Positions 1 to 8,348 of a DNA stretch of 32,000 bases are shown one piece after another. The notes under the pieces were generated by a model, which was not told where the DNA came from, did no database searches, and worked only from the letters and a program-made list of their open reading frames with translations. The number at the start of each line of letters is the position of its first letter. Within the stretch, counting starts at the first letter, position 1. This DNA is from Longivirga aurantiaca. Lineage in GTDB: Bacteria; Actinomycetota; Actinomycetes; S36-B12; CAIYMF01. A program made the position numbers and the translations under genes. The stretch is from positions 1 to 32,000 of the forward strand of contig NZ_JBHSTI010000002.1 in NCBI RefSeq assembly GCF_042660085.1. The letters run 5' to 3'.

Positions 1-2
1 TC

Positions 3-449
3 GCGGTTCTGAGGGAGGCCCTGGGCGCCGAGGTGCCCGTCCTCGCCGTGTGCCGGGGCGCCCAGCTTCTCAACGTGGCGCTGGGGGGCACGCTGGTCCC
101 GCATCTCGACGATTCTCAGCACCTGCACCGCGGGGCCCGTGCGGACGATCTCTTCGTCGACGAGCACGTGGTCGTCGAGCCGGGGACCAGGCTCGCCGAG
201 CTGTTGGGCCACCGGGAGTGGACCGTGCGGGCGGCGCACCACCAAGCCGTCGACGTCGTCGCTCCCGAGCTGCGGCTGGCCGCGAGGTCGGTGGACGGCG
301 TGGTGGAGGCGGTGGAGCACCCGGACAAGTGGGCCTTCGGAATCCAGTGGCACCCGGAGGACGACGACGGCCACGGCCACGACCTCGCCCTGCTCTGGGG
401 CGCCCTGTGCCAGGAGGCGGGCCGCGCCCGCAACCTGTCGGAGCCGTGA
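3..449 (+). CDS. Class I glutamine amidotransferase, gamma-glutamyl-GABA hydrolase (PuuD)-like, 5'-truncated by window edge
   Basis: Frame open from base 3; contains nucleophile motif VLAVCRGAQLLNVALGGTL and C-terminal FGIQWHPED typical of peptidase C26 enzymes. Confidence 0.85.
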   Translation, partial: AVLREALGAEVPVLAVCRGAQLLNVALGGTLVPHLDDSQHLHRGARADDLFVDEHVVVEPGTRLAELLGHREWTVRAAHHQAVDVVAPELRLAARSVDGVVEAVEHPDKWAFGIQWHPEDDDGHGHDLALLWGALCQEAGRARNLSEP

Positions 450-609
450 GCCCGACGGCCCTCCGTCGAGCCGCCCCACCCGTCGCCCCACCCAGTTGCG
501 CAGGCCGCACGGTGATCGTGAGGGCGATCATGGCCAAGGAACCGGGTGGGCGAGCCGACGCTGCTCGGTCACTCGTGGGCGCCGTCCTCGGCGCTGAGGC
601 TCCGGCGGG

Positions 610-895
610 TCACGCCTCGAGGACCGCCCCCATGAGCTCCAGCGTGGCGAGCATGCCGCAGTTGCCCCGCAGGGCCTTCGCGACGTAAGGGACCGGCTCC
701 CTGCCTGCGGGGCTTGTCGCGGTCTCGATAGCCAGGACCGCGTCGTACGTGCTCTCGACGCGCCTCGCCTCGCTCGAAGTCCCAGGTGGGCCGTCACGGC
801 GAGGGGAAGGCTCCAGCCACTCGGTGGACACGGTCACGACGTCGACCACGGCATCCGGCCATGTGCCAGCCGCGGCCTCCGTGCCTGGCGGCCTG
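610..895 (-). pseudogene. Possible C-terminal fragment of a hypothetical protein, apparently abutting an IS110 remnant
   Basis: Minus-strand frame ...SSEARRVESTYDAVLAIETATSPAGREPVPYVAKALRGNCGMLATLELMGAVLEA* has GC-rich third positions; upstream part of the frame is antisense to IS110-like sequence. No family recognised. The 895 boundary is approximate. Confidence 0.3.
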
Positions 896-1608
896 ACGAC
901 CTCGAAGTCCCACGACGGTGTCGTGGAGATGATCCGATAGATCAAAGTCGCCAAAGACATTGCGGTGAACGCAAGAACAGCGGCGATGATCAGTCTCAAG
1001 CAGGTCAGCGTGAACGCCCCTGACGACCTGCGCCAAGAGCTCCAGTCGCTGTCGAAGATGGTCCTGATCCACCGCTGCGCCGCGCTGCGGCTAGGGAAGG
1101 TCACGACCATCCTGGCCTCGACGAAGTGCACGCTGCGCTGCATCGCTCGACGCTGGGAGACGCCCACACTGAGATCTGTGAGCACGAGAAGCTCCTGGCC
1201 GAGCTCACAGCCCAAGCCGCACCTCAGCTGGCCAAGACGTTCGCCGCGGGACCCGACACTGCAGCCGAGATGCTCCTCGTCGCCTGCGACAACCCCGAGC
1301 GCGTCCGATCGGAGGCAGCATTCGCACGCCTCTGCGGCGTGGCTCCTATCCCCGCGTCCTCGGGCATGACCACCCGGCATCGACTCAACCGCGGCGGGCA
1401 CCGGCAGGCCAACGCCGCGCTCTATCGCGTCGTCATCGTGCGCATGCAACACCACGAACCGACCAAGGCCTACGTGGCCAGACGCACCGCTGAGGCCAAG
1501 ACCAAGTTCGAGATCATCCGCTGTCTCAAGCGGCTTCTGGCCCGCGAACTCTGGGCAGCCATGCGGCCCCTCCGCGAGGCCCGGCTCGAGGCCGGCCTCG
1601 CCGCTTGA
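896..1608 (+). pseudogene. IS110-family transposase remnant (C-terminal portion, in-frame stop plus frameshift)
   Basis: KSHDGVVEMIR*IKVAKDIAVNARTAAMISLKQVSVNAPDDLRQELQSLSK... in the frame of 965, continuing in the frame of 1126 as EICEHEKLLAELTAQAAPQLAKTFAAGPDTAAEMLLVACDNPERVRSEAAFARLCGVAPIPASSG..LNRGGHRQANAALYRVV, typical of the IS110 C-terminal domain. Stop TAG at 938-940 and frameshift around 1155-1170. Confidence 0.85.
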
Positions 1609-1611
1609 CGG

Positions 1612-1854
1612 CAAAAGGAGCATCAACGCCTGATGGAGTGCGTGATCGGCCTGTTCAAGACTGAGTGCATCCGCACCACGGTCTTCCACCACGGCCCCTA
1701 CCAGAACGTCAGCGACGTCGAGCGGGCAACCGCTGGTTGGGTCGACTGGTTCAACAACAACTTTCGCCTGCACAATAGCCTCGACTACCTGACCCCCGAA
1801 GAGTTCGAGCAAGCCCACTACGCGGCCCTCAACCGAGAGCCGCAATCCGTATAG
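1612..1854 (+). pseudogene. IS3-family transposase (OrfB integrase core) C-terminal fragment
   Basis: MECVIGLFKTECIRTTVFHHGPYQNVSDVERATAGWVDWFNNNFRLHNSLDYLTPEEFEQAHYAALNREP matches the well-known IS3 OrfB C-terminus; N-terminal two-thirds absent. Confidence 0.85.
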
Positions 1855-1856
1855 GA

Positions 1857-1881
1857 GCGGCAGAGAACCTCGGGCGCTTCA
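1857..1881. repeat. Candidate right terminal inverted repeat of the IS3 remnant
   Basis: gcggcagagaacctcgggcgcttca immediately follows the transposase stop; ends in TCA as IS3 right ends do. No left partner found. Confidence 0.35.
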
Positions 1882-2301
1882 CCCTACTGAGGCCTTCCGT
1901 ACCGCCCCGTCATACGAGCGTCCTCGAAGCTCTGCGGCCGCCCACCGGCCCCAACTGTCCACGAGTGCAGTCGAAACCACGACTCGATGCCATCCAGTGG
2001 CGACTTCAAGCGCCTCTTGGATGTACTCCTGGCCGGACTTGTACGAGTCGGTCCAGACAAACAGGCGACCGAGAAGGAAGGCCGTGTCGCCACACGGCAC
2101 CTTCTCGTATCCTCCAAGCCCTCCGGAAACGCCACGGTCCTCGCAACTCCTCAAATCGAGGTGTTGCGAGGACCGCGTGAACCCGCCTCGAGGTCGGGGC
2201 CGTCGTCGTTCGTCGGGCTTCCGGTCCCGCTGTTCTCGGCCCACCCGAACGAGGCCGTCGCCAGGCGATGCCGCGTGCGGAGGCCGAGCTGCGTCGGGCA
2301 C
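1879..2301 (-). pseudogene. Possible hypothetical protein fragment truncated at the IS3 end
   Basis: Minus frame ...GGYEKVPCGDTAFLLGRLFVWTDSYKSGQEYIQEALEVATGWHRVVVSTALVDSWGRWAAAELRGRSYDGAVRKASVG* ; its stop codon lies inside the putative IS3 terminus. No family recognised. N-terminal part may be spurious. Confidence 0.25.
2135..2175. terminator. Long hairpin: 18-nt arms with one T.T mismatch, 5-nt loop
   Basis: cggtcctcgcaac-t-cctc / aaatc / gagg-t-gttgcgaggaccg read directly. Confidence 0.5.
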
Positions 2302-2413
2302 TCCACCCGGGTGCTTCCGCCTCTGCGCTCAGGAGCGGAGCGAGCTCGACGGGTCGACGTGTCGTCCCGCGGCGCTTCGGGCGCCGGCGCTGCGCCTCGG
2401 GTGCTAGCATTCG

Positions 2414-2435
2414 ATCAATCAATCGATTGATTGAT
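2414..2435. promoter_or_regulatory. Perfect 22-bp palindrome, candidate TetR-family operator
   Basis: ATCAATCAATCGATTGATTGAT equals its own reverse complement; lies 38 bp upstream of the TetR start. Confidence 0.65.
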
Positions 2436-2473
2436 GGCTGGTGAGGGGTCCGGGCGGGAGGAGGCACGGCGGG

Positions 2474-3130
2474 ATGAAGTCCGACGAGGTGCTCCGGGCC
2501 GCGGTGCTGCTGTTCGCGCGACAGGGTTACGCCGCGACGGGTATCCGTGAGATCGCGCGTGAGGTCGGCCTGAACTCCGCAACGCTGTACCACTACACGA
2601 ACGGCAAGGAGGGGCTGCTCGTCGCCGTCATGCAGAGCTGCCTCGACGAGCTCCTCCGCTCGACCGACGAGGCCCTCCGTCACAGCGGCGACCCGCAGGT
2701 GCAGCTCGGGCGGCTGATCCGGGCCCATGTCGGGCTCTCGGCCCTCAACCCGCTGTCCTCCCGTGTGACGGATCAGGCGTTCCGTTCCTTGGGGTCCGCC
2801 AACCGCGCATCGCTGCTGGTGCTGCGGGACAGCTACGAGTCGCAGCTGGGTGCCGTGATCGATGCCGGCGCCCGAGCCGGTCTCTTCGATGTCGCCGACC
2901 CTCGGCTCACCCGGCTGGCGATCCTCGAGATGTGCAACGGCGTCGCGAACTGGTACCGCCATGCCGGCCGCCTGCCGATGCGGGCCGTGCAGATGCAGTT
3001 CGTCGACTTCGGCTGCCGCCTCGTCGGTGCGCCGGCGATGGACGAGGCGGAGCTGGGCCCCGTGCAGACGCCGCACCTTCTTCGCTGCGAGCCGTACGCC
3101 CCACCCGACACGATGGAGGACCTGAGTTGA
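2474..3130 (+). CDS. TetR/AcrR family transcriptional regulator
   Basis: MKSDEVLRAAVLLFARQGYAATGIREIAREVGLNSATLYHYTNGKEGLLVAVM is a canonical TetR HTH; ATG at 2474 preferred over GTG at 2441. Confidence 0.9.
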   Translation: MKSDEVLRAAVLLFARQGYAATGIREIAREVGLNSATLYHYTNGKEGLLVAVMQSCLDELLRSTDEALRHSGDPQVQLGRLIRAHVGLSALNPLSSRVTDQAFRSLGSANRASLLVLRDSYESQLGAVIDAGARAGLFDVADPRLTRLAILEMCNGVANWYRHAGRLPMRAVQMQFVDFGCRLVGAPAMDEAELGPVQTPHLLRCEPYAPPDTMEDLS

Positions 3131-4008
3131 ACATCACCGATGCGCGCGTCCGACTCCCGCAGGACCGACGGACCAGTGCAAGCTACTCGGCTCCGGCCCG
3201 GCAGACGGAGCAGTACGACCGCGTCCTCGGGCTGACCGACAAGATGAACGGCGGCACGCTTTCCGGCCTGCTGAAGGAGATGGACGCCGTCGGCATCAGC
3301 CGCGCCGTGATGCATGCCGAGTCCGAAGGGGGCGAGGACGCCGATGCGCTCAACACCGCTCTGCGCTCCGTGCTCGACGAGCACCCCGACCGGTTCGTGG
3401 GCGTGGGCTGCGTCGACGTGACCCTGTCCTCGCCGACCGCGATCGCGGCGCAGGCCGCGCGCGCGCAGGACCTCGGGCTGCTGGGGGTGTCGTTCCAGCC
3501 TGCATTCTTCGGCCTCGACATCGACGACCGCCGTCTCTACCCGCTCTACTCCAGGGCAGAGGAGGTCGGCCTCGTCGTCGCCGTCCACACGGGGATCAAC
3601 TACAGCCGCCTGCACCCGATCAAGCACGAGCGCGCGGAGAACCTCGATCAGGTCGCCTGCGACTTCCCCGACCTGCGGCTCATCGCCTGCCACGCGGGCT
3701 GGCCCTGGGTGACCGAGTTCGCGGCTGTTGCGCGGCGCCATCCGACCGTCTTCCTCGAGTACGGCGCCATCGCACCCAAGTACGTCGCGAAGCCCGGCAC
3801 GGGTTGGGATGTCCAGTTCGCCATGATGGCTAACGTCCTTCGGGATCAGGTGCTCTACGGGAGCGATTGGCCGATGATCAGCCCGAGCCGGGCCGTGCAG
3901 GAATGGCGGGACTCCGGTCTGCCGGACGCGGCGCTGGAGGCGCTGCTCTCGCGCAACGCCGAGCGGCTCTTCGGTCTTGAGGGCGGCGGCGTGGGACTGC
4001 CGACGTGA
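3127..4008 (+). CDS. Amidohydrolase family protein (amidohydrolase_2 type)
   Basis: Motifs VVAVHTGINYS, LRLIACHAGWPWVTEF, VFLEYG, VLYGSDWPM; TTG start at 3127 overlapping the TetR stop (TTGA). Confidence 0.82.
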   Translation: MNITDARVRLPQDRRTSASYSAPARQTEQYDRVLGLTDKMNGGTLSGLLKEMDAVGISRAVMHAESEGGEDADALNTALRSVLDEHPDRFVGVGCVDVTLSSPTAIAAQAARAQDLGLLGVSFQPAFFGLDIDDRRLYPLYSRAEEVGLVVAVHTGINYSRLHPIKHERAENLDQVACDFPDLRLIACHAGWPWVTEFAAVARRHPTVFLEYGAIAPKYVAKPGTGWDVQFAMMANVLRDQVLYGSDWPMISPSRAVQEWRDSGLPDAALEALLSRNAERLFGLEGGGVGLPT

Positions 4009-5525
4009 CCCTGACCCTGTCCTCGCAGCTCCGTACGGCAGCGGAGGACTCCTCGGACAGGGTGTTCATCCGAACCATGGGCGAGGAGCTCACCTACGCC
4101 GAGACGTGGACCCGCGTGCGGGTGCGCGCCGGGCAGCTCCGGGAGGCCGGGATCCGGCGCGGGGACTCCGTGGCAGTTGTCATGGACAACAGCGCCGATC
4201 AGATCGTGATCTGGTTCGCCCTGAATGCCCTGGGTGCCCTGCATGCAGCGCTCAACACCGCGTTCACCGACGCACGGCTGGCGCACAACCTCAGGGTCTC
4301 GAAGGCGTCGTGGGTGCTGGCCGACGACCAGTTCCTGGCAGACGTCCAGAACGTCATCGGGACACATGAGCTGCCCGCGCGCGTGATCCCCTCAAGTGCC
4401 GTCGGCTCGCTGCCGGGGGCGCCGGTGGACGAGGCGGAGCAGGTCGACGACCTGGCCACGGCCACCCTTCTGTTCACCTCGGGCACCACGGGCGCGTCGA
4501 AGGCGTGCGCCCTGTCCAACCGCTACCTGGTCCGGGCCGGCCGGCTGCACGTGACGTACCTTGGGCTGACGTCCGACGACGTCCTCTACAGCCCCTTCCC
4601 TCTCTTCCACATAGACGCAGCGACCCTCACGGTGTCGGCCGCCCTGGCGGCCCGAGCGACAGCGGCGATCGGGCTGCGGTTCAGCGCCTCACGGTTCTGG
4701 GACGAGGTGCGGGCCATGGACGCCACCGTCTTCAACTTCATGGGCGCCACGCTGACGATCCTGTGGAAGCGCGACCCCGACCCGCGCGACAGCGACCATC
4801 GGGTCCGGCTCGCCTGGGGCGTGCCGATCCCCGAGTGGAAGGCCGAGTTCGAGCACCGGTTCGGGTTCCCGCTGTTCCAGGTCTACGGGCTGACCGATGG
4901 AGGACTTCCCGCCTACGACCCCGTCGACGGCTCGCAGCGGCCGGGGTTCGCCGGGCGCGTGATCCCCGAGTACGAGGTGCGCATCGACACCGCCGCGCGA
5001 CGGCACGGCGCCCCCGAGGGCGTGGGCGAGATCCTCATGCGCTCCCGGGAGCCGGGCCTGATGATGAACGGGTACTTCGGGGACCCCGCAGCGACCGAGA
5101 AGGCGATCGTGGACGGGTGGCTGCGAACGGGCGACCTCGGGCTGCTCGATGGTGACGGCTATCTGGCCTTCCACGGTCGTCTGACGGACTCTATCCGGCG
5201 TCGAGGCGAGAACATCTCCGCCTTCGAGGTCGAAGAGCTCGTCGGAGCCCACCCGGACGTGGTCGAGGTCGCCGCGGTCGGTGTGGCCAGCGACCTGACC
5301 GAGGAGGACGTGCAGGTGTGGGTCGTTGCGCGCCAGGGCAGCGGACTCACGGCCGAGACCCTCCACCGCGATCTGGCCGAACGTGGACCCCGCTACCTCG
5401 TTCCCCGCTACTACGCGTTCGTGCCGGCCCTCCCGAAGACGCCGACGGAAAAGGTGGAGAAGTTCGAGCTGCGGTCAGCGGGCACGAGCACGTCGTGGGA
5501 CTCCGAGGCCACCAGCGGCGACTAG
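4005..5525 (+). CDS. AMP-dependent acyl-CoA synthetase/ligase (CaiC/FadD-like)
   Basis: LLFTSGTTGASKACALSNRYL P-loop, VYGLTDGG, YLAFHGRLTDSIRRRGENISAFEVE, C-terminal PKTPTEKVEK; GTG start overlaps the upstream stop (GTGA). Confidence 0.92.
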   Translation: MTLTLSSQLRTAAEDSSDRVFIRTMGEELTYAETWTRVRVRAGQLREAGIRRGDSVAVVMDNSADQIVIWFALNALGALHAALNTAFTDARLAHNLRVSKASWVLADDQFLADVQNVIGTHELPARVIPSSAVGSLPGAPVDEAEQVDDLATATLLFTSGTTGASKACALSNRYLVRAGRLHVTYLGLTSDDVLYSPFPLFHIDAATLTVSAALAARATAAIGLRFSASRFWDEVRAMDATVFNFMGATLTILWKRDPDPRDSDHRVRLAWGVPIPEWKAEFEHRFGFPLFQVYGLTDGGLPAYDPVDGSQRPGFAGRVIPEYEVRIDTAARRHGAPEGVGEILMRSREPGLMMNGYFGDPAATEKAIVDGWLRTGDLGLLDGDGYLAFHGRLTDSIRRRGENISAFEVEELVGAHPDVVEVAAVGVASDLTEEDVQVWVVARQGSGLTAETLHRDLAERGPRYLVPRYYAFVPALPKTPTEKVEKFELRSAGTSTSWDSEATSGD

Positions 5526-5579
5526 CCTCGATCTATCGCGCGGGGTCTGATCTGGTGGCGTGACACGGGTCTTGAAAGC

Positions 5580-5653
5580 ACGGAAGTGCCTGTCCTGGTT
5601 GGGAAACTACTGATTGTCGAGGTCAGCAAACTCCCAGCGAGGAAGGCACTCCG
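5580..5653. repeat. Imperfect inverted repeat just upstream of the IS1380 remnant
   Basis: acggaagtgcctgtcctggttgggaaact versus the reverse complement of aaactcccagcgaggaaggcactccgt. Confidence 0.5.
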
Positions 5654-5655
5654 TA

Positions 5656-5955
5656 GGTGAAGAATAGCCGCCGGGTCGTCCCGGTCGTCATGGACGCGTC
5701 GAACGAGTCGCTGATCTCCTCCGCGGGCGGGTCGCTGTTGCTAGCCACAGCTCGGGCGACGGCCTGGATCGGGCGCTGTCGGCGGGGTTGGCTCCGTGGC
5801 GGGTACCGCGGGCGGTCCGCGACCCGGGCAAGGTGATCCCTGATCTCGCGGTCGCGTTGGCCCTGGGCGGGGACTGTCTCGCGGATGTCGCGGCCCTGCG
5901 TGCCCAGCCGACACTGTTCGGTGCGGTCGCCTCGGATCCGACGGTGCCGCGCAAG
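5656..5955 (+). pseudogene. IS1380-family transposase N-terminal fragment
   Basis: VKNSRRVVPVVMDASNESLISSAGGSLLLATARATGLDRALSAGLAPWRVPRAVRDPGKVIPDLAVALALGGDCLADVAALRAQPTLFGAVASDPTVPR is the typical IS1380 N-terminus; the catalytic remainder is absent. Confidence 0.85.
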
Positions 5956-6232
5956 CAAGCCCATCCCTGTCCCCCGCGACATCAGGTTCTGGTGACGGGC
6001 TCGAAGCCACGACCCCGGTCATGCGCCCGGCACCGCCAATCACATGCCCACCCGCGTCCTGCACGCCGCCACCGACCAATACCCAGGAGCGTTAGCCGCT
6101 CGCCCGCGCGTGGACCGCGTGGGCTCCCCGTGGGCTAAGCCATGGCCAATAGCGGCCAAAGAAGGCCAGCAGAGGGCAAGAGGCTGTTGGGTGAGCTTCC
6201 CGGAACCCTTGCAGGACATAGAATCTGTGGGG

Positions 6233-6303
6233 AGCGGGTGACGGGAATCGAACCCGCACTGTCAGCTTGGGAAGCTGATGTTCTGCCATTGAACTACACC
6301 CGC
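6233..6303 (-). tRNA. tRNA-Gly (anticodon CCC)
   Basis: Reverse complement GCGGGTGTAGTTCAATGGCAGAACATCAGCTTCCCAAGCTGACAGTGCGGGTTCGATTCCCGTCACCCGCT folds as a cloverleaf; anticodon loop TTCCCAA. Confidence 0.96.
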
Positions 6304-6482
6304 GGAGCGGTGCTCGTCGGCCATTATGCCCGAGCCCACGGCCCTGTCCCCAACGGCCTCCGCACCCGGCCCGTGCCTCCGCCCGTTTCTCGATGAGGGT
6401 GCCCCCGCGGACCTCAGAGGCCCTCATGCTTCCCCAGCGATCCGTCACCTGCCCCGCTGGGAGCGCCTGGGACACTGGCCGC

Positions 6483-7676
6483 ATGCCCGACCGCAGCATC
6501 ACCGCAGACCTGGGCCTGACCGAGGCGCTGCAGGCGCGCACCCGCGGTTTCGGCAGCTTCACCATGCTGCTGCGCGTCGCCATCGCGACGACCGTGTCGT
6601 ACCTCGTGGCGCAGCGGTTCTCGCAGTCGGTCCTGCCGATCTTCGCCCCGGCGACGACGCTGCTCGTGGTCCAGTCGAGCGCCTTCAGCACCCTCGGCAT
6701 GCTGGCCCAGCGGGTGCTCGGCACCGGTCTCGGCGTCGCGGCCGCGACCCTCTACGTGACGTACGTCCCCGTCACGTGGTGGTCGGTGTTCCTCGCGGTC
6801 ATGGCCGCGCTGCTGGTCTCGCGCGCGCTCCCGGTCGGCCTGGTCGGCCAGCTGCAGCTGCCCGTCGCCGTCGTGTTCGTCCTCGCGCTCGGCCCGGGCG
6901 ACCTCACGACCGACCTGTGGCGGGTGGCCGACGTCGTCATCGGCGGGATCATCGGCGTCCTCGCCGTGTTCGTGGCGCCGCCGCGGCCGAAGGTGGCCGA
7001 GGCCCGGGCCGCGGTCGACGCGTACCTCGTCGACATCGCGGCGCTGATCCGGACGGTGGCCGACGGCATCGGCAGGCCCGACCTCGTCCTGCCCCCACGT
7101 GCCCGGCATCCCTTCATCGGCGACGCCCGCGCTCTGCTCGGCCACGTCGGCACGGTGTCCGAGGCCGTGGCCGAGGGGATGGAGTCGGTTCGGTTCAACC
7201 CGCGCGCGCGGTCGCTGCAGGGCGAGCTCGAGGACGTCGCGAAGCGCCGCCTCTGGGCCACGGTCCTCGCCACGCAGGCGCGCGCTCTCGCCGGGTCGGC
7301 CGACCGCCTCTACGACCGCGACAGCACGCCGCCGGCGCTGCCCGCGGCAACCCTCGCCGCGCTGATGCACGACCTCGCCGACCTGCTCGACCGGGTGGCC
7401 GCGGACGGTGTGGATGCGCAGAGCGAGGCTGCCAACCAGGCCCTCGCCGACAGGCTGCGCGGCGCCGTCGCGGCCACCACCGACCACCGCGAGGTCGTCG
7501 ACGTGCTCGACAGCGTGACGGTGCTCGGACGCGTCGACCAGATCCGCACGCTGATCGGGCACGGCCCGTGGGCCGAGGACCCGTTCGACCACGATGCCAA
7601 CGAGCTCGCGGGTGGGGATCCCGAGGACGCGCTCAGCCCCGGCGAGCGGCTGCGCCGCCTCGTCCGCCGCGACTGA
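6483..7676 (+). CDS. FUSC / aromatic acid exporter-like membrane protein
   Basis: N-terminal transmembrane segments ([18 protein letters not shown]..., [35 protein letters not shown]) followed by a helical cytoplasmic region. Upstream starts (6393, 6426) also possible. Confidence 0.75.
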   Translation: MPDRSITADLGLTEALQARTRGFGSFTMLLRVAIATTVSYLVAQRFSQSVLPIFAPATTLLVVQSSAFSTLGMLAQRVLGTGLGVAAATLYVTYVPVTWWSVFLAVMAALLVSRALPVGLVGQLQLPVAVVFVLALGPGDLTTDLWRVADVVIGGIIGVLAVFVAPPRPKVAEARAAVDAYLVDIAALIRTVADGIGRPDLVLPPRARHPFIGDARALLGHVGTVSEAVAEGMESVRFNPRARSLQGELEDVAKRRLWATVLATQARALAGSADRLYDRDSTPPALPAATLAALMHDLADLLDRVAADGVDAQSEAANQALADRLRGAVAATTDHREVVDVLDSVTVLGRVDQIRTLIGHGPWAEDPFDHDANELAGGDPEDALSPGERLRRLVRRD

Positions 7677-7752
7677 CCCCTCCACGCCCGGGGTGCCGCC
7701 GCGGCGGGGCCGCCCGGTAGCCTCCGGGGCAGTAGGAGCCCCTGGAGGAACT

Positions 7753-8328
7753 GTGCTGCTGTCGGACCGCGACATCCGCGCCGAGCTGGCGTCCGGACGT
7801 GTCGTCCTCGAGCCCTTCGAGGAGGCGATGGTCCAGCCGTCGAGCGTCGACGTGCGCATCGACAAGTTCTTCCGCGTCTTCGAGAACCACCGCTACCCGC
7901 ACATCGACCCCGCGGAGGAGCAGCCCGACCTCACGCGCATGGTCGAGCCCGAGGTGGGCGAGCCGTTCATCCTGCACCCGGGCGAGTTCGTCCTGGCCTC
8001 GACGTACGAGGTCGTCACGCTGCCCGACGACATCGCCGGCCGTCTCGAGGGCAAGTCGTCCCTCGGCCGCCTCGGCCTGCTCACGCACTCCACCGCGGGC
8101 TTCATCGACCCCGGCTTCTCAGGCCACGTGACGCTCGAGCTGTCGAACGTCGCGACCCTCCCGATCAAGCTGTGGCCAGGCATGAAGATCGGCCAGCTGT
8201 GCCTGTTCCGCCTGTCGTCGCCGGCCGAGCACCCCTACGGCTCCGCGCAGTACGGCTCGCGCTACCAGGGCCAGCGCGGCCCGACGCCGTCCAAGAGCCA
8301 CCTCAACTTCCACCGCACCGAGATCTAG
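7753..8328 (+). CDS. dcd: dCTP deaminase
   Basis: [22 protein letters not shown]...[17 protein letters not shown]...[34 protein letters not shown]...[16 protein letters not shown]; GTG start with upstream GGAGG. Confidence 0.97.
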   Translation: MLLSDRDIRAELASGRVVLEPFEEAMVQPSSVDVRIDKFFRVFENHRYPHIDPAEEQPDLTRMVEPEVGEPFILHPGEFVLASTYEVVTLPDDIAGRLEGKSSLGRLGLLTHSTAGFIDPGFSGHVTLELSNVATLPIKLWPGMKIGQLCLFRLSSPAEHPYGSAQYGSRYQGQRGPTPSKSHLNFHRTEI

Positions 8329-8348
8329 CGATCGTCCAGCACGACTGA

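Noticed and set aside
610-1845. 411-aa minus-strand ORF
   Set aside because: Mostly antisense to the IS110 and IS3 remnants; only the terminal part (610 to about 895) looks coding.
2006-3076. 356-aa minus-strand ORF
   Set aside because: Largely antisense to the TetR gene, low-complexity H/R/E/A composition and no recognisable domain.
5956-6232. Possible additional coding remnant between the IS1380 fragment and tRNA-Gly
   Set aside because: Short frames only, with no recognisable motif; left unannotated.
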